This document shows, one piece after another, positions 43,501 to 55,500 of a stretch of 64,000 nt of DNA. The stretch lies in NCBI GenBank assembly GCA_040954595.2, contig CM082579.2, positions 8,669,625 through 8,733,624 of the forward strand, written 5' to 3'. The stretch comes from Balanoglossus misakiensis (Eukaryota > Animalia > Hemichordata). The notes beneath the pieces were generated by a model, which was not told the DNA's origin, did not search any database, and saw only the letters and a list, made by a program, of their open reading frames with translations. Positions within the stretch are counted from its first letter, which is position 1. Every line of letters starts with the position of its first letter. The position numbers were made by a program, and so were the translations under genes.

Positions 43501-46500
43501 ATATAATAGCAATGATATCTCTTGACAGTCATGGCATTGAAAGACTTGTTTTATGTGCTGGTGTGGCTGTTGAGAACTTTTGTCAGACAACATATGTGTA
43601 AGTGAATGAATGAATGAATGAATGAATGAATGAATGAATGAATGAATGAATGAATAAACGTATGAATGAATGAATGAATGAATGAATGAATGAATGAATG
43701 AATGAATTCCTTTTGCACGTAATAGATTTGTGATGCAAAATGGCTGTGTGGGCCAGTATGGCTGGCATCTATTGGACATGTCGTAGACTGGTATTGTTTC
43801 AAATGGATGTTTGCTGCGGCAGAGTTTAGATTGACCACATCAGTTTATACGTGATTGCTTCTAATAGTAATATGCAGTTATGGGCAATTACAATCTGATT
43901 AAAATCAGATGTAGGGAATGGCCAACTTGCGTGTCGACATGTCCAAATTTGCTGCCCTCTGTTGACTGTGCATGTGTTAGGTCTCTTTCAGCAGATTTGG
44001 CACTGGTGATGCCTAGTTTGCAGTGCCATTTCTGTGTAATATCTGCCGAGCTGTCAAATGAGTGAATTCTGCGAGAGAAATTATTAGTTAGTCTCTCCCT
44101 CTGAGAACTCATTCAAACAAACAACTCTTGCCCCGAAATACATTGGACCTCTGGGACAAAATTGGTCAGAGAGCTGTCACATCATTTTCACATCCCTCAG
44201 TTCCATGATGACAGATATACTAGGATAATTCATGACTGCAGTCAGTAATAATAAAATCACACTGATGTAGGATAAATTGACACTGAAGTAGTGTCGCTAA
44301 CGATGAATATTTCAGAGAGCCCCAATTTTCAAATACTGTTATGTTGTGTAGCGTCATTTGGATTGTGTATAAGTGTGTATGTGTGTGCCCAGTTAGACCT
44401 TGCCAGAGAGAGGAACCTAATTGAATTTGCATGGTGTAATTGGAATTAGATCATTGATAGTCCAACTGCATGGGCAATGGCAATCGCTAATGTGCATTGA
44501 TTTGCATCTCTGTCTGCTCCCTGGGGCTCTTTTGCTGGATGCATTCAAGGAAAGAGGGGTGTAGGTGCCTGTATTTAGGAGGGGAGGAAGATGAAGGGGT
44601 TGGGGAAGGTAGTGATGGAGAGGAGGAGGAGGGGTGGTGAAGCTGGATGAAAGGATGGAGAGAGGAGAAGCTCCATAACAGATGCAGGCCAAAAGCGACT
44701 CCTTTTTGATCATCCCTATTTGGTGTTTTAAATTTTAAAACGTTGAAGAGCCAGTTCAGGATCTAAGGTTATTCCTCATCAACAGTTCAGAGCTGACCTT
44801 GTAAGGTGGATTCAAAATCCCCCCCCCCCCACCCCCCTGGATTCGGAGTGGAACATTCCAGTTCCCGGAAAGAGTCGGTTGTCTCCGTTCAGATGATTTG
44901 TCAGGGACGATAACCTCATGGGGACAGCAAGCGGGATTTATCTGTAAATGAATCTTGCTCCTTTTTGAGGATTAGGCATATGCCCGGCATTGCAGCAGAA
45001 TTATAATTTATGAAGGAGGTCTGATCGAATCATGCAAAAGTGGAATTAGACTTTTTGAATATCTTGCTCAGTATGGTTAAGATTTGCGTGTTAAATTGTC
45101 CCAAATTTGAGAAGATCTGTATTGTCTGACCTTTGATGTGTTGCAGTTTATTCATCATTAACACTTAATGTTCTCATAAGGATGTAGTATAATATCACCA
45201 ACATGTTAATCAGTTTTATGAGCAATCAAACGGCTTTGAAAGTCTAATGTGATTATCATTGTGAGTAGCAATAAAAGACCAGTGATCATGAATGTGTTTG
45301 GAACATAATTTGATATGAAGCTAGATCAAATGGTGAAAGTGAATATATTTTTGCTATTTTGGGTAAAAATCAAGGGTTGGTTGGTGCTGTGATGGCGTTG
45401 GGAAGGACATGAACCTCTGTCAGATATTATTTGATATAAGCTTGTCCCGTGCTGCCCTTGGATAAAATGACAGGTGATTTCAACTCCCCCACCCCACCCT
45501 CCCCTCCCCTCCCCTCCCCTCCCCCCTCTCCCCTAAAAAAATCAATTTGCCATGAATTGGGCAGGCCATCCTCCAAGCTGAAAGTCCACAGCATTAGGAG
45601 AGGCCTTACCCAGTCAGGTTGCCATAGCAACCAACAGTACCGTAGTAACATTAACTCAAGATGACATTATCTGAAATGAAGAGGAATGCAGTGCTCTTGT
45701 GTCTCGAAAATTGGCGAATTTTCGTCTTGCGACTTGCATTGCAGCGTCGCCGAATCCGTCCAATTCCTCTCGGCACAGCGACTTGCGTGCGTGGAGCTGG
45801 TTGGGCAGTAATGCAAACGCTCAGAGACATTTCCGTTTAAATGTCAGACGAGTTTCTGTGCTTGCTGCATGTACAGCTAGACTGTAATTATCGGCAGTTG
45901 CAGAACTGATTGGCTTTTCTCTTAAAGGGTCACCAAGGTTTTTAATGTCTCTGCCGAGAAAATAATTTACATGGATATCAATTTTTTGTTCATACAAATT
46001 TTTATAAGGTTAAATATACCAGCGATAATGACGCCAGACATTTTCACAATATTATTTCAAATTGCATTTGGCTCATAGATACTTCCTTTGTCAGCCATTT
46101 TACATGGGAGTCATGCAAGAAACTGTCATTGATAGACAGAACAGTACAGAAAACACTGATAAAGTTGGCAAAAGTTACAGCTAAATGGAGCCTTGATGAT
46201 AATGATCATGTCTGTTCTGTCGTCGATGCTATCAATGCGATACACTTACCAAGGTGAACTAAAATCTCAGACTCTGATGCTCACATCAGCATTGTACATC
46301 TGCATTATAATTCGTATTGAAGATGTACGATGCTAATGAGGCTAATAAGTTTGGCAAGTAAATGCTAACAAACAAAAAAAACAGCAGCTGACAGATCGAC
46401 TTATCAAGCAGTCGCCGAGTTGCCTGCTGCCAAGAGGATTAGTTTCCAATTTTATTCCCGATGACAATTATTTATGATCGTGGGTGCGTGCGGAAAGTAC

Positions 46501-49500
46501 AAGCAACTGGTTTTACTTTCCTAGACGCGGTGACACATTTCACCGTGTGAGAGATTATTACATGTGCCGTAGAAAAGTATGCCGATTGTAATTTTAGAGC
46601 CACGTTGATGGTTTTCTGACAGAAAATGGAATTTGTAATCTCTGGGAATTGATGACAGAAAGTGGCTGTGTATCTTCATTGATAGGGCCTGATATAATAT
46701 TTTTATGTCCCCGAGTCATTATCCACAGAAATGAACAAAAACAAGTACTTTGCCCCCACACAGGCAATCATATTGGGAGTAATTATAAATTGTCTGGCAA
46801 TATTCAAGCTGGATATAGTTGAGCCTCACATTTGATTTTCTGTAATCCGTCCATGTTCATAGCTTTTCCTTTAGCTTACAGTCCTCACTCAGTGTAGACT
46901 GATGTTTTAACGGCAGCACATCCTAGTTCCCATGGCAACATAGCACCTTAGAGTCTCATCCATACGAAAAAAATGTAGAGAAAGTTAATATAAATGAAAT
47001 TTTAATTTTTAAAATGTGAAAACACCATCACAGTGAGAATTAAGTCATAAAATATGAAATTTAAAACTTATTGTTATACTAAGAGTAATTACAAGCGTAT
47101 ACATGTACACCTTAATTTAACCTTCATGTAGAAAAAGGGGGGCACCAAAATATGTAGGAGTTGTGTTAAAAACCAGAAGTTAAATTTAACAATAATATTA
47201 TGCTGAATGTCAATACATAGTTTATAGTGCCATGAAAGCGGGGGAATTCTTTTTAACGAGATATCGCCCCACTGTGTTATATTTTAATGTACCGTACAGC
47301 CATCACCGGATGGTGTAATTTTATTTCAACACAGCTTCAAGTTATGCCTTTTATAAAGCTGCCGATTTGCAATTAGATTTATTCAGCGGAGTACTTCTAC
47401 ACCCTATATGGTGTATGTCAGTCAGTGGATGACGTAGGAAGCGTGACCCCAGCTTAGAAAAATCACTGACAGTCTTAATAGTTATGACAACGTGTAGCTG
47501 TAGCATATCAAGTTAACAATGGCAGCTCGTTTGAGTGGAGTAGAAGGGCCTTGACGTCACTCTTTGTTGCTTACGTGATTAAACTCCCCAATCGCCGCCT
47601 GCCTGCCTGCTTGCCTGCCCACCCGTATGCCTGCCTTCACTCACACGCAGACTCTCTCTCTCGGCGAAGCAGGCATATTAGGTATTACGGCGCTGTCGCT
47701 GGCGGTTGTACCTGACACGGTCGTGGAATTTACCGAACCCGTGGATTTACATCCAAACCAGCCCCCCCCTGCTGTCTTGGTTTCCCTACACCTGATCTCG
47801 TTGTGTGCTTAACATGAAATTGATGTGGGGGACTTGTGATGGTCGTAATGGGCGTGAAATGAGTGCACTCTGAACCTCTCGTGCCGCACAATTTCGACGC
47901 CACTGTGTATAGTGTGTGTCTGCATGTATGTGCGTGTGCCAGACAAGGGCGGCAAAGGCACGTCTTGGATTATTCACGCCGACGACAACGGCAGACGGTG
48001 ACTGCATCAACGCATCAAATTGTTGACATGTTTATGGAGTGAATAATTTTCCTTTTTCGTCTTGGATGTTACCCTGGAGTAGAAGTGAGTGCTGGAGAAT
48101 TGAGACGCTCCTACCGCAGGTAAAAAAAAAACCTTCGCTCTGTTGACAGTGTATAAACCGGCAAGATAAGTGCTTTCAAATTGATTAATTTTCATAGAAA
48201 CAGGTAGCCAAGCAGGATGTTTATCATTGATGGCTCCATGTGTGCTGCAATTACCGTCGTGATACGCACACCCACTTCTGACATAATGGAGTGGGATTTC
48301 GCCTGAGTAATGCCTGATTAAAAAAAGAAATCCGACTTGGTTTCAATATAATGCCGAATATGATGTATTTTTTTCTCCAGGGGGATATTTGTCAAGTGCC
48401 TTAATGCAAGCATATTTATCATCAGTTGGCAGAGTGTCTTTCGTCATAGAGGAGGATTTCTTCGGAGTCTGGTAAATGACACGGGCATATTGCCCTGGCT
48501 GTCTGACTGATTTTCTGTCGCCATATTTCAAGCAACATGGCTTATTGACTGCGCTGACCCACCACTGCAGTCAAATGTAACCTGTGACATTTTACTGTGA
48601 AGTTCTTTAGGGTCTGCTGTCAAAAAACAGAGAGGAATACTTTGGAATGTTTGCCTAGCGGTGTTTTGTGTGGGGATTTCGCTGTCCCCCGAGCAAATAA
48701 ACCCCCTCCAGATCTTGTCCGGCACGGTAAACAAAGTGTTGAATAGATCAAATAGAGCAACTAATGAAGATGGGGGTGTCTGAAAGGGCTTTACCAGCCA
48801 GGAAGTATTCAATTTAAAAACAGTGGCTGCTATATAAATTGCCTATTAGCAAGAGTTCAGTGCAACACTGATACGGCCGTCAGTGTGGGAGTCCGCAGGC
48901 AGGCTTGGGTATCTTTCAACCCCCGGTCTGACCTCCCTGACCTAACCCCAGACATGTATATGTGTGTGTCTGTAATCTATACTTCCCAGTACTTGTGAGT
49001 GTACGTGTTGGCAGGTTTATGCTGGACTCTCAATACCCGTGATAGTTTTTGGTGTCCCCCCGACTCTTACAAAGTGGACCGAGCTTGTGTAGTAAACAGG
49101 TCGCCGTTCCCCACCTGATTTCAATGCGTGGAGGTGTTTCGGAATATAACTGGCTGCTTCGTGTTTTGTTGTGTGTGTGTCCGCGTGTACCTTCTTTCAG
49201 CTTTTGTTGGCAGGTGTCAAAGGTCAGGCATGCCGTAACGTGACACACTTTGTACTCATTAATGAGTGACTTGCGGTCTTGGCTGCAAACGTGAGATATG
49301 CTAGGTGTGTTATTATTATTTAACAGACCCACTCATCATGATAATTGCCTGCGATGCATGATTTGACACAAATCAAGAGAACTTTCAATAATGTATTCAT
49401 AATACGTTGGGGGTATTCCAATTTCTTCCCTGATGACCAGAACTGATTTATTTTTCACACTGTGGTGTCTGCCTTTGTGAACAAAACAATGACACAACGT

Positions 49501-52500
49501 GGGTTGTCTGAAATTTGCTGCAAAGGTTGTTGAGCTTTTAAGTTTTATGGAGCAATGTTTCTAGAAATCCAGGTTAACGATGGTAGCCAAGAATGAGTCC
49601 TAGGCTATCAGAATGTCAAACAGTCACATGCATAAAACCTACTCACTCTTTCAATACTGTCTGCAACACATGTTAATTGATACATAAGTCACAATTTCAG
49701 ATTGTGTTTTATTTCCCCCTGGTTGAAAGGTTGCCCGTGGTCAGAATTCTTTGCTGCAAACTAGGCTAGCGGGTAGGGTCATCGACCCCTTTGTAAGTGG
49801 AGGCAGACTGGGAGAGGAATAAAAACTGTATTTGCAATTTGCAAGGAATTGAAATGACTCAGCGTGTGTGTGCATCCCAGCCGATGTCTAAGCACCCCAT
49901 TTGGCTGTCTGTACATCATTCCCGATATGTGAGCAGCCTACTTCTCTAAAGGGCATGTCATCGAAGTAAGATGAATGTAGCACTATGATGACTCAGCCAG
50001 CAGACAACAGAGATCACCTCCAGTGCTTCAGTGATACACTCAGTGTTATCACTTCCCCATTGAATTCTTGAGGATTTCTGTTATGCATCTTTTTATGGAT
50101 TATCCATCATCATCAGCACCAATTCCTCCACTTATATCGAAAAGATTTCTTGAGTGACATATTTTGTCAGAGATGTGATGGTTACAATTATTTTTCTTGT
50201 ACGATAAAAAGCACTTGTTCATAACATCTATTCTTTATTACATTATTATAAGCATTATCATGGGAAGCGTCACAGTGACTCTTAATGAACTGATGTTAGC
50301 AGTAAACTGGGGGTTGCCATGGTTGCAGAGAGTGTCATTGGGGTTGCCTCTCAAGGGTCTGTTTCAGTGTACATTGGCCAGCAATTGTCAACTCTGTGAG
50401 ATAAGATATGGTCATACCAGAAGCTGTACATGTACTTATGTTGGTGAGGATTCCACTATGAATTGATCTGGGCAGAATATGAGAAAGTAACGGCCAACCA
50501 GACATGTAATCTAAAAAGCTCTTTTAAATTACAACCAGCCTGTTGTTGTGGCACCGATCAAGCTGATGCATTTGATTATCAGAGCGAATTAAATGAAATA
50601 TCTCGTGGCCCAGTTCACTTCATTTTCCCCTTCCCCTGTCTTTTATGTGAGTTTCTTCCTCTTGGGGCGAGACCCCTTTGTGGCGATGGTTCTGCGCTCG
50701 TTCCAGCTTGTGCTGCATCAGTAGACTGGTCTTGCTGTGACATGTGGTGCGCCTTGTCCCCTTGTTGTCCGCTGGGACCGCATTGATGCTCACCAACTGG
50801 CTGCTCTCTGGCCGTCCACCTTACATACGGCCGTCCTCTGCACAGAGCCTCCGCCAGAGTCCAACGTCGCATCGCTTCTTCGAGGTCCCGTTCCTCCGTC
50901 TGGGTTGCAGCGGCTACGCTCGGGCAACCGGTGGCTACGTGGTGGTAGGGGAGAAAGCAGTCCTTGCACAGGTGAATGGAGCACTGCCTGCAGAGGAAGA
51001 CTGTGGTGACGAAGCAGCCGCTGGGGGTTCTCCGTCCCATCTTGATGCACATCCTGCAGCTGGCCCCTCTGCCTTCCCCCTTGATCAGGCTGTGGTTCTT
51101 GTACGTGTGTATGGGCGGCGCCACGTTCGTCACCGCCTGCCTGCGCGAGGTGAAGCCCCCGACCATGGCCGTGCCCACGTCCACCTGGAAGGCTTTGTGC
51201 GGTTTCCGCCCGTCAACCAGCTCGGCGTAGATGATCCAGCTGTTGGATATTGCCGTGTCGAGCAGGTAGAAGAAAATGTACTTCCACCACTTGTGGCTGC
51301 GCTGCGTTGCGAAGTACGATTTCAGCTTATTGGCTCGGTCGACGCCGCCCATGTACTGGTTGTACACGGAAACCACGTCGGGGGCTGGCAGGGTGTACGC
51401 AACCGTTTTCATCGACGCGGCCGACCTCATGTATCGTACCACTCTTTCGTTTTCCGTTCTATACCCCTCGCGACTGTTGGTCAGTAGAGACAGAAAGCGC
51501 GCGTCCTTGTACACAACCACCACCAAGTCGCCCTTCTGCATGGCGGCGAACTGGCCCCGCTGTAACCCGCTTATCTGCTTACTGTTTGGGTTCTTGCCGG
51601 GGTTTGTGTGTAGGGCCGGCGGGTAACCCTTGCTGGTTTGCCGTATGCTGCCGACCAGATACGTCTGGTGGTCACGGAGCAGCGTCTGTGCCAACGCCAT
51701 GCTTGTGTAGAAACTGTCGGTGAACAGCGTGTGGTAGCGTCCCCGAATTGGGCGTGCCAGCTCCACGCAGATGGCTGCGGTTCTTGAGACGTCGCGCGTG
51801 TCTTCCTCGTGGCTGCCGGTGGACATCTTAAATTTCACGTTCGCCGTGTATTTAGTGGCGCTGTCGTGGAGGGTGTAGACTTTGATTGGACGAGCCTTGT
51901 ACGCCACTACGGTTTCCCCGATGGCCACCTGTTCGTGCATGTTGTAGCACTGGCGAGACTTTGTCATTACAACGTCGAGGACCGGCGCCACTTTATACAT
52001 GGGTTGCGCCCGATGCGCCCTACGCTCCACTGGGTCTTCGATATTAGCTGGGTCTTGGTCGGCGTCGTTGCAATGGAAGTATTGCATGATCTTCTGGAAG
52101 CGATTTCGGCTCATGACGCTGGCGATGAAGTCGTTTCGAACCGCCCTGTTTGTGGACCAGTAGTCGGCCACCTCGTGTTTGGGGTCGGCGCCCATCAGTA
52201 TCAGTATCCCGATCACGGCCTGCATCTCCTCCTCGTCCACCGGGGACCAGAATCTGTCCTCCTCGGCGTTCCGACGGCTGACCCACCGAGCGTAGCTGTT
52301 GGTCTCCCGCTGCAGCCGTCTCACCAGCGAGGGCGGGAAGATCTGCTGGAAGGCGCTCAGGGGAGTGGGGTCCTCCTCCCCCAGGTCGACAGAGGCACCG
52401 GGTTCACCACCAGTGAAGGCGTGCAAACTGTGCCTTCTCAATCGATACGACCAGTCTGCATCATCGTCGTCGCTGTCACTGGGACTGTCTTCTTCATCGT

Positions 52501-55500
52501 CGCTCATGTACGTTGGTTCTGAATAGCCACTGGCGGCCCAGGTAGTTTCTATTCTGGTGAGACCGGGAGGCGACTTGCGCACACGGCGGGTCGCGCTCTC
52601 TGCCAAGCCGTCGCCAGCCGATGCTTCCTCCTCGCAGCCGGACGATGTATCGATTTCGGACTCGGGATCAGATGAGGGGACAGAATCAGCACCAGTGCTG
52701 CCGTCTTCACTGTCGCTGCTATCAAGCATTTCAACCTTGATTCGCTTTCTTGTCCCCGTAGCTCCTGTCGGGGAAGCAGATTGCCCAGTGTCTGATACGT
52801 CCATCGGGAACTCATTTCCCTGGTGTGATGTGCTGGGTCTCACAGTGACACAGTCCGAAGTGCTGGCCTCTGCACCAAAAACCACCTCTCCCTGTCCTTG
52901 CTCCTCGCTGATGTCTGGCGGAGTAGGGGTTACACGCCCATCCTTTGTATAGTACACATGTTTTCGGACAGCACCCTGTGTATTCAATTGACCTGAAATG
53001 AAGAACACTTTCTTGTTCAGTGACTTGCACAGAATGTCATTTCTTAGGCAGTGATTAGACATAGGATATAATGCAGGATGTCCGTCCATTAGAAAATGTT
53101 CACGGAAATCACAATCATTGAGCCACAGAGTTGTTTGTATGAATGTTGATATCTGGCCGCTGGGGTCAGTTCTGTATACTGTCATTGAACACTGTTGGTT
53201 GATTCAAGGACTTTGCCATTTCCACTTCTTGAAGTGTTAGATACATGTACATGTGGTTGACTTTAGCTTCCAGTCGTACAAGACACCATAAACCTGTACT
53301 CACCCCAAAAATCCATGGTACAAGTTGTGTTTGGTCAGACTGCCAGATGCTTTCTTTAACATTGACGGCTTTGTGGAGCAGTGGCAAAGCAGAGGCCTCA
53401 TGTACTGTCTAAACAGTCAAACATCTGCCCCAGTGTCAGTGTATGGGAGAACCATTTCATTTCTAGGGGAGGGAGGGGGGTGGGGTGGACAGAGGATTTG
53501 GCTTTGTCAGCAATTTTTTATCCAGCCACTGTTACAGCAATTTATTTTCTATTGCCAGTCCAAACTTTTTTTCTCACTGCATTGCTTGTAGAATAACATT
53601 CTTTTTCCTCCTAACAATCTGTCAACAATCTCCCACCCCCAAAAAATCCTCCTCCCACCCCCAGAAATAAAATGGTTCTCCTCTTAATTAAAAACTAATA
53701 CTGAGAGTTACTGGTGCCTGGGCGATTTGTGATTTGATACTACTTGGGAAGTTCACCACAGCTTGTAACTGGATACGACCTGGGAGTTAATTTGCATGCT
53801 TTTTTCTACTTGGCTGTATCTGTCATTCCGTGCACAGCTGAGTTGATCTTTAGTGTTCGGATGATGATATGTACCATAGAAATATTTTTTGACTTTATTC
53901 TGTATTCCAGTTTCCAGCTTTGAACCAAGAAGGTATACAAAAAATATTTTGCTAGGTATAAAAAAGCAACATGTTTATAGTAATACTTTGCCAGAAACAT
54001 TGTCTACACCAAATACCAGCCATGCCGTGACTGGTTATATATTCAGTCATGATTTGGTCCAGTGGTTTCGTCGTCCATCAATGTAGCAGGGAATATGCCA
54101 TTGAAAACCAACCTGTTTATATATTAATTTCAATCATTATGAAAGTGTCTTTAGCACACCATCAAGAGGATGGCCAAAACGGAAGAGCCAATTGGATGGC
54201 AAACGGCAGTGTTTGATCAACTTCACCAATCAGACTCAGTGTAACAAAACCTGTCGGACGCACCAAAACACGGATGTGGAGAATGTACTAATTTCATTTA
54301 GTGCAGAGATCAGAGCACTGTTCTAAAAATACGTTCAGTATTATAACATTTAGAAATCAGTGGACTCCGTAAGCAAGCACTTCAGTGCTCGCGGACGATG
54401 GCTATAAATAGACCGCCGAGTATTGTGACGTACGTTTCCATGGTAATGGTGATGCATTTTGTCAGCGCGTTGTACTCGGACGGAAGTGCCGTCACACGCA
54501 AGCCAGTTTCATTTGTTTGAAACCACTAGAAGGTATCTGAATGATGACGTCAAAGATGTATGGATTGGGAAAACGAAAGGTGTCGTCAGATTTTATATAA
54601 CGCATCTTTCATTTAAGTGATCAATGTGATGCCGTATCTATTCTTTGAACGACGTGTGTAGAAGCTAAATGTAGCTTGTATCCAGATGCACTGGAATTTG
54701 CTCGCGGATTTCTTACACAAAAGGAAATTGCCCGGGGGAAAAACAAACTGTCGCTAATAGTGAGTTGTGTGAACATCATTACAAAGGTGAAATTATTTTT
54801 TTGTTAAAATATTTTTTGTGTATTATAAACCGTAATAGATTTGACGCAGAAACGGGAATTGTATGACTGCCTTTGGAAACGTGGAGATCATCATTTATCA
54901 ATGGCTGTCACAAACAGTGAATGGTTGTTCAGAATTGATTGTGATATCTTGGCACTTCATAAGTGATGATGATATCGTAGTATTTCAGCTTCAGGAGTTG
55001 CAGTTGTAAATCAGTGTTTTGTAATTCCGCCACTCGCGCGAAGTGTGTCATAGGTTTTAATGAGCACAATCGGATTCTTGCGTTGTACTGTTAAATGTTA
55101 TGCGGTCTGATCCCTTTACAAAGATGCACTGTTGAAGTGGGAAGGTGGTTGTAACACCCAGCAGAGTTTCTGTTGCATTTGCGCATATCTTAGTTTAACA
55201 GTAGTTTGATCAGGGTACTAGACCTCAGAGCAGTTTTTTTTCCTTCTGCACTACGAGTGACCTACAATTTATATTGTGGCTGGGTCAGTTTGATCAGTAT
55301 TTGTTTGACTCATCCTGAGGTCATCAAAAATCATCTCTTATATAACTGCTGTCATAAATCTAATATTTTAAACATATTTTTTGTTGCTTTTGAACATATT
55401 TTTATTACAGATGTCAGATTTGAACCAAATCGTTATTAAAGTTTGATGTATATGTATCTATGGTTGATGAAATGTGCTGGTGTTTATATAATTCATTACA

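Noticed and set aside
43456-43838. FIHS-repeat ORFs
   Set aside because: Translation of the (TGAA)n microsatellite.
50737-52952. Several 80-250 aa ORFs overlapping the transposase
   Set aside because: Shadow ORFs of GC-rich coding sequence with no recognisable motifs.
50615-52992. AFF-PGBD fusion by exon trapping (CSB-PGBD3 style)
   Set aside because: The transposase ORF and its acceptor are antisense to AFF, so it cannot splice into AFF mRNA.
52993-53185. First 64 codons of the 856-aa ORF as the true N-terminus
   Set aside because: They fall inside a well-formed predicted intron (GTGAGT...TTCTTCATTTCAG), are AT-rich, and a better Kozak ATG exon lies at 53316. Not fully excluded without RNA data.
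53782-53790. GGGAG-TTAA as a piggyBac terminus of the nested ORF
   Set aside because: No matching inverted terminus found downstream of the stop codon.
54652-54759. Frame ending KNKLSLI|GTGAGT, resembling the end of AFF exon 3
   Set aside because: No in-frame ATG after the upstream stop and no phase-compatible upstream exon found; likely chance or non-coding.
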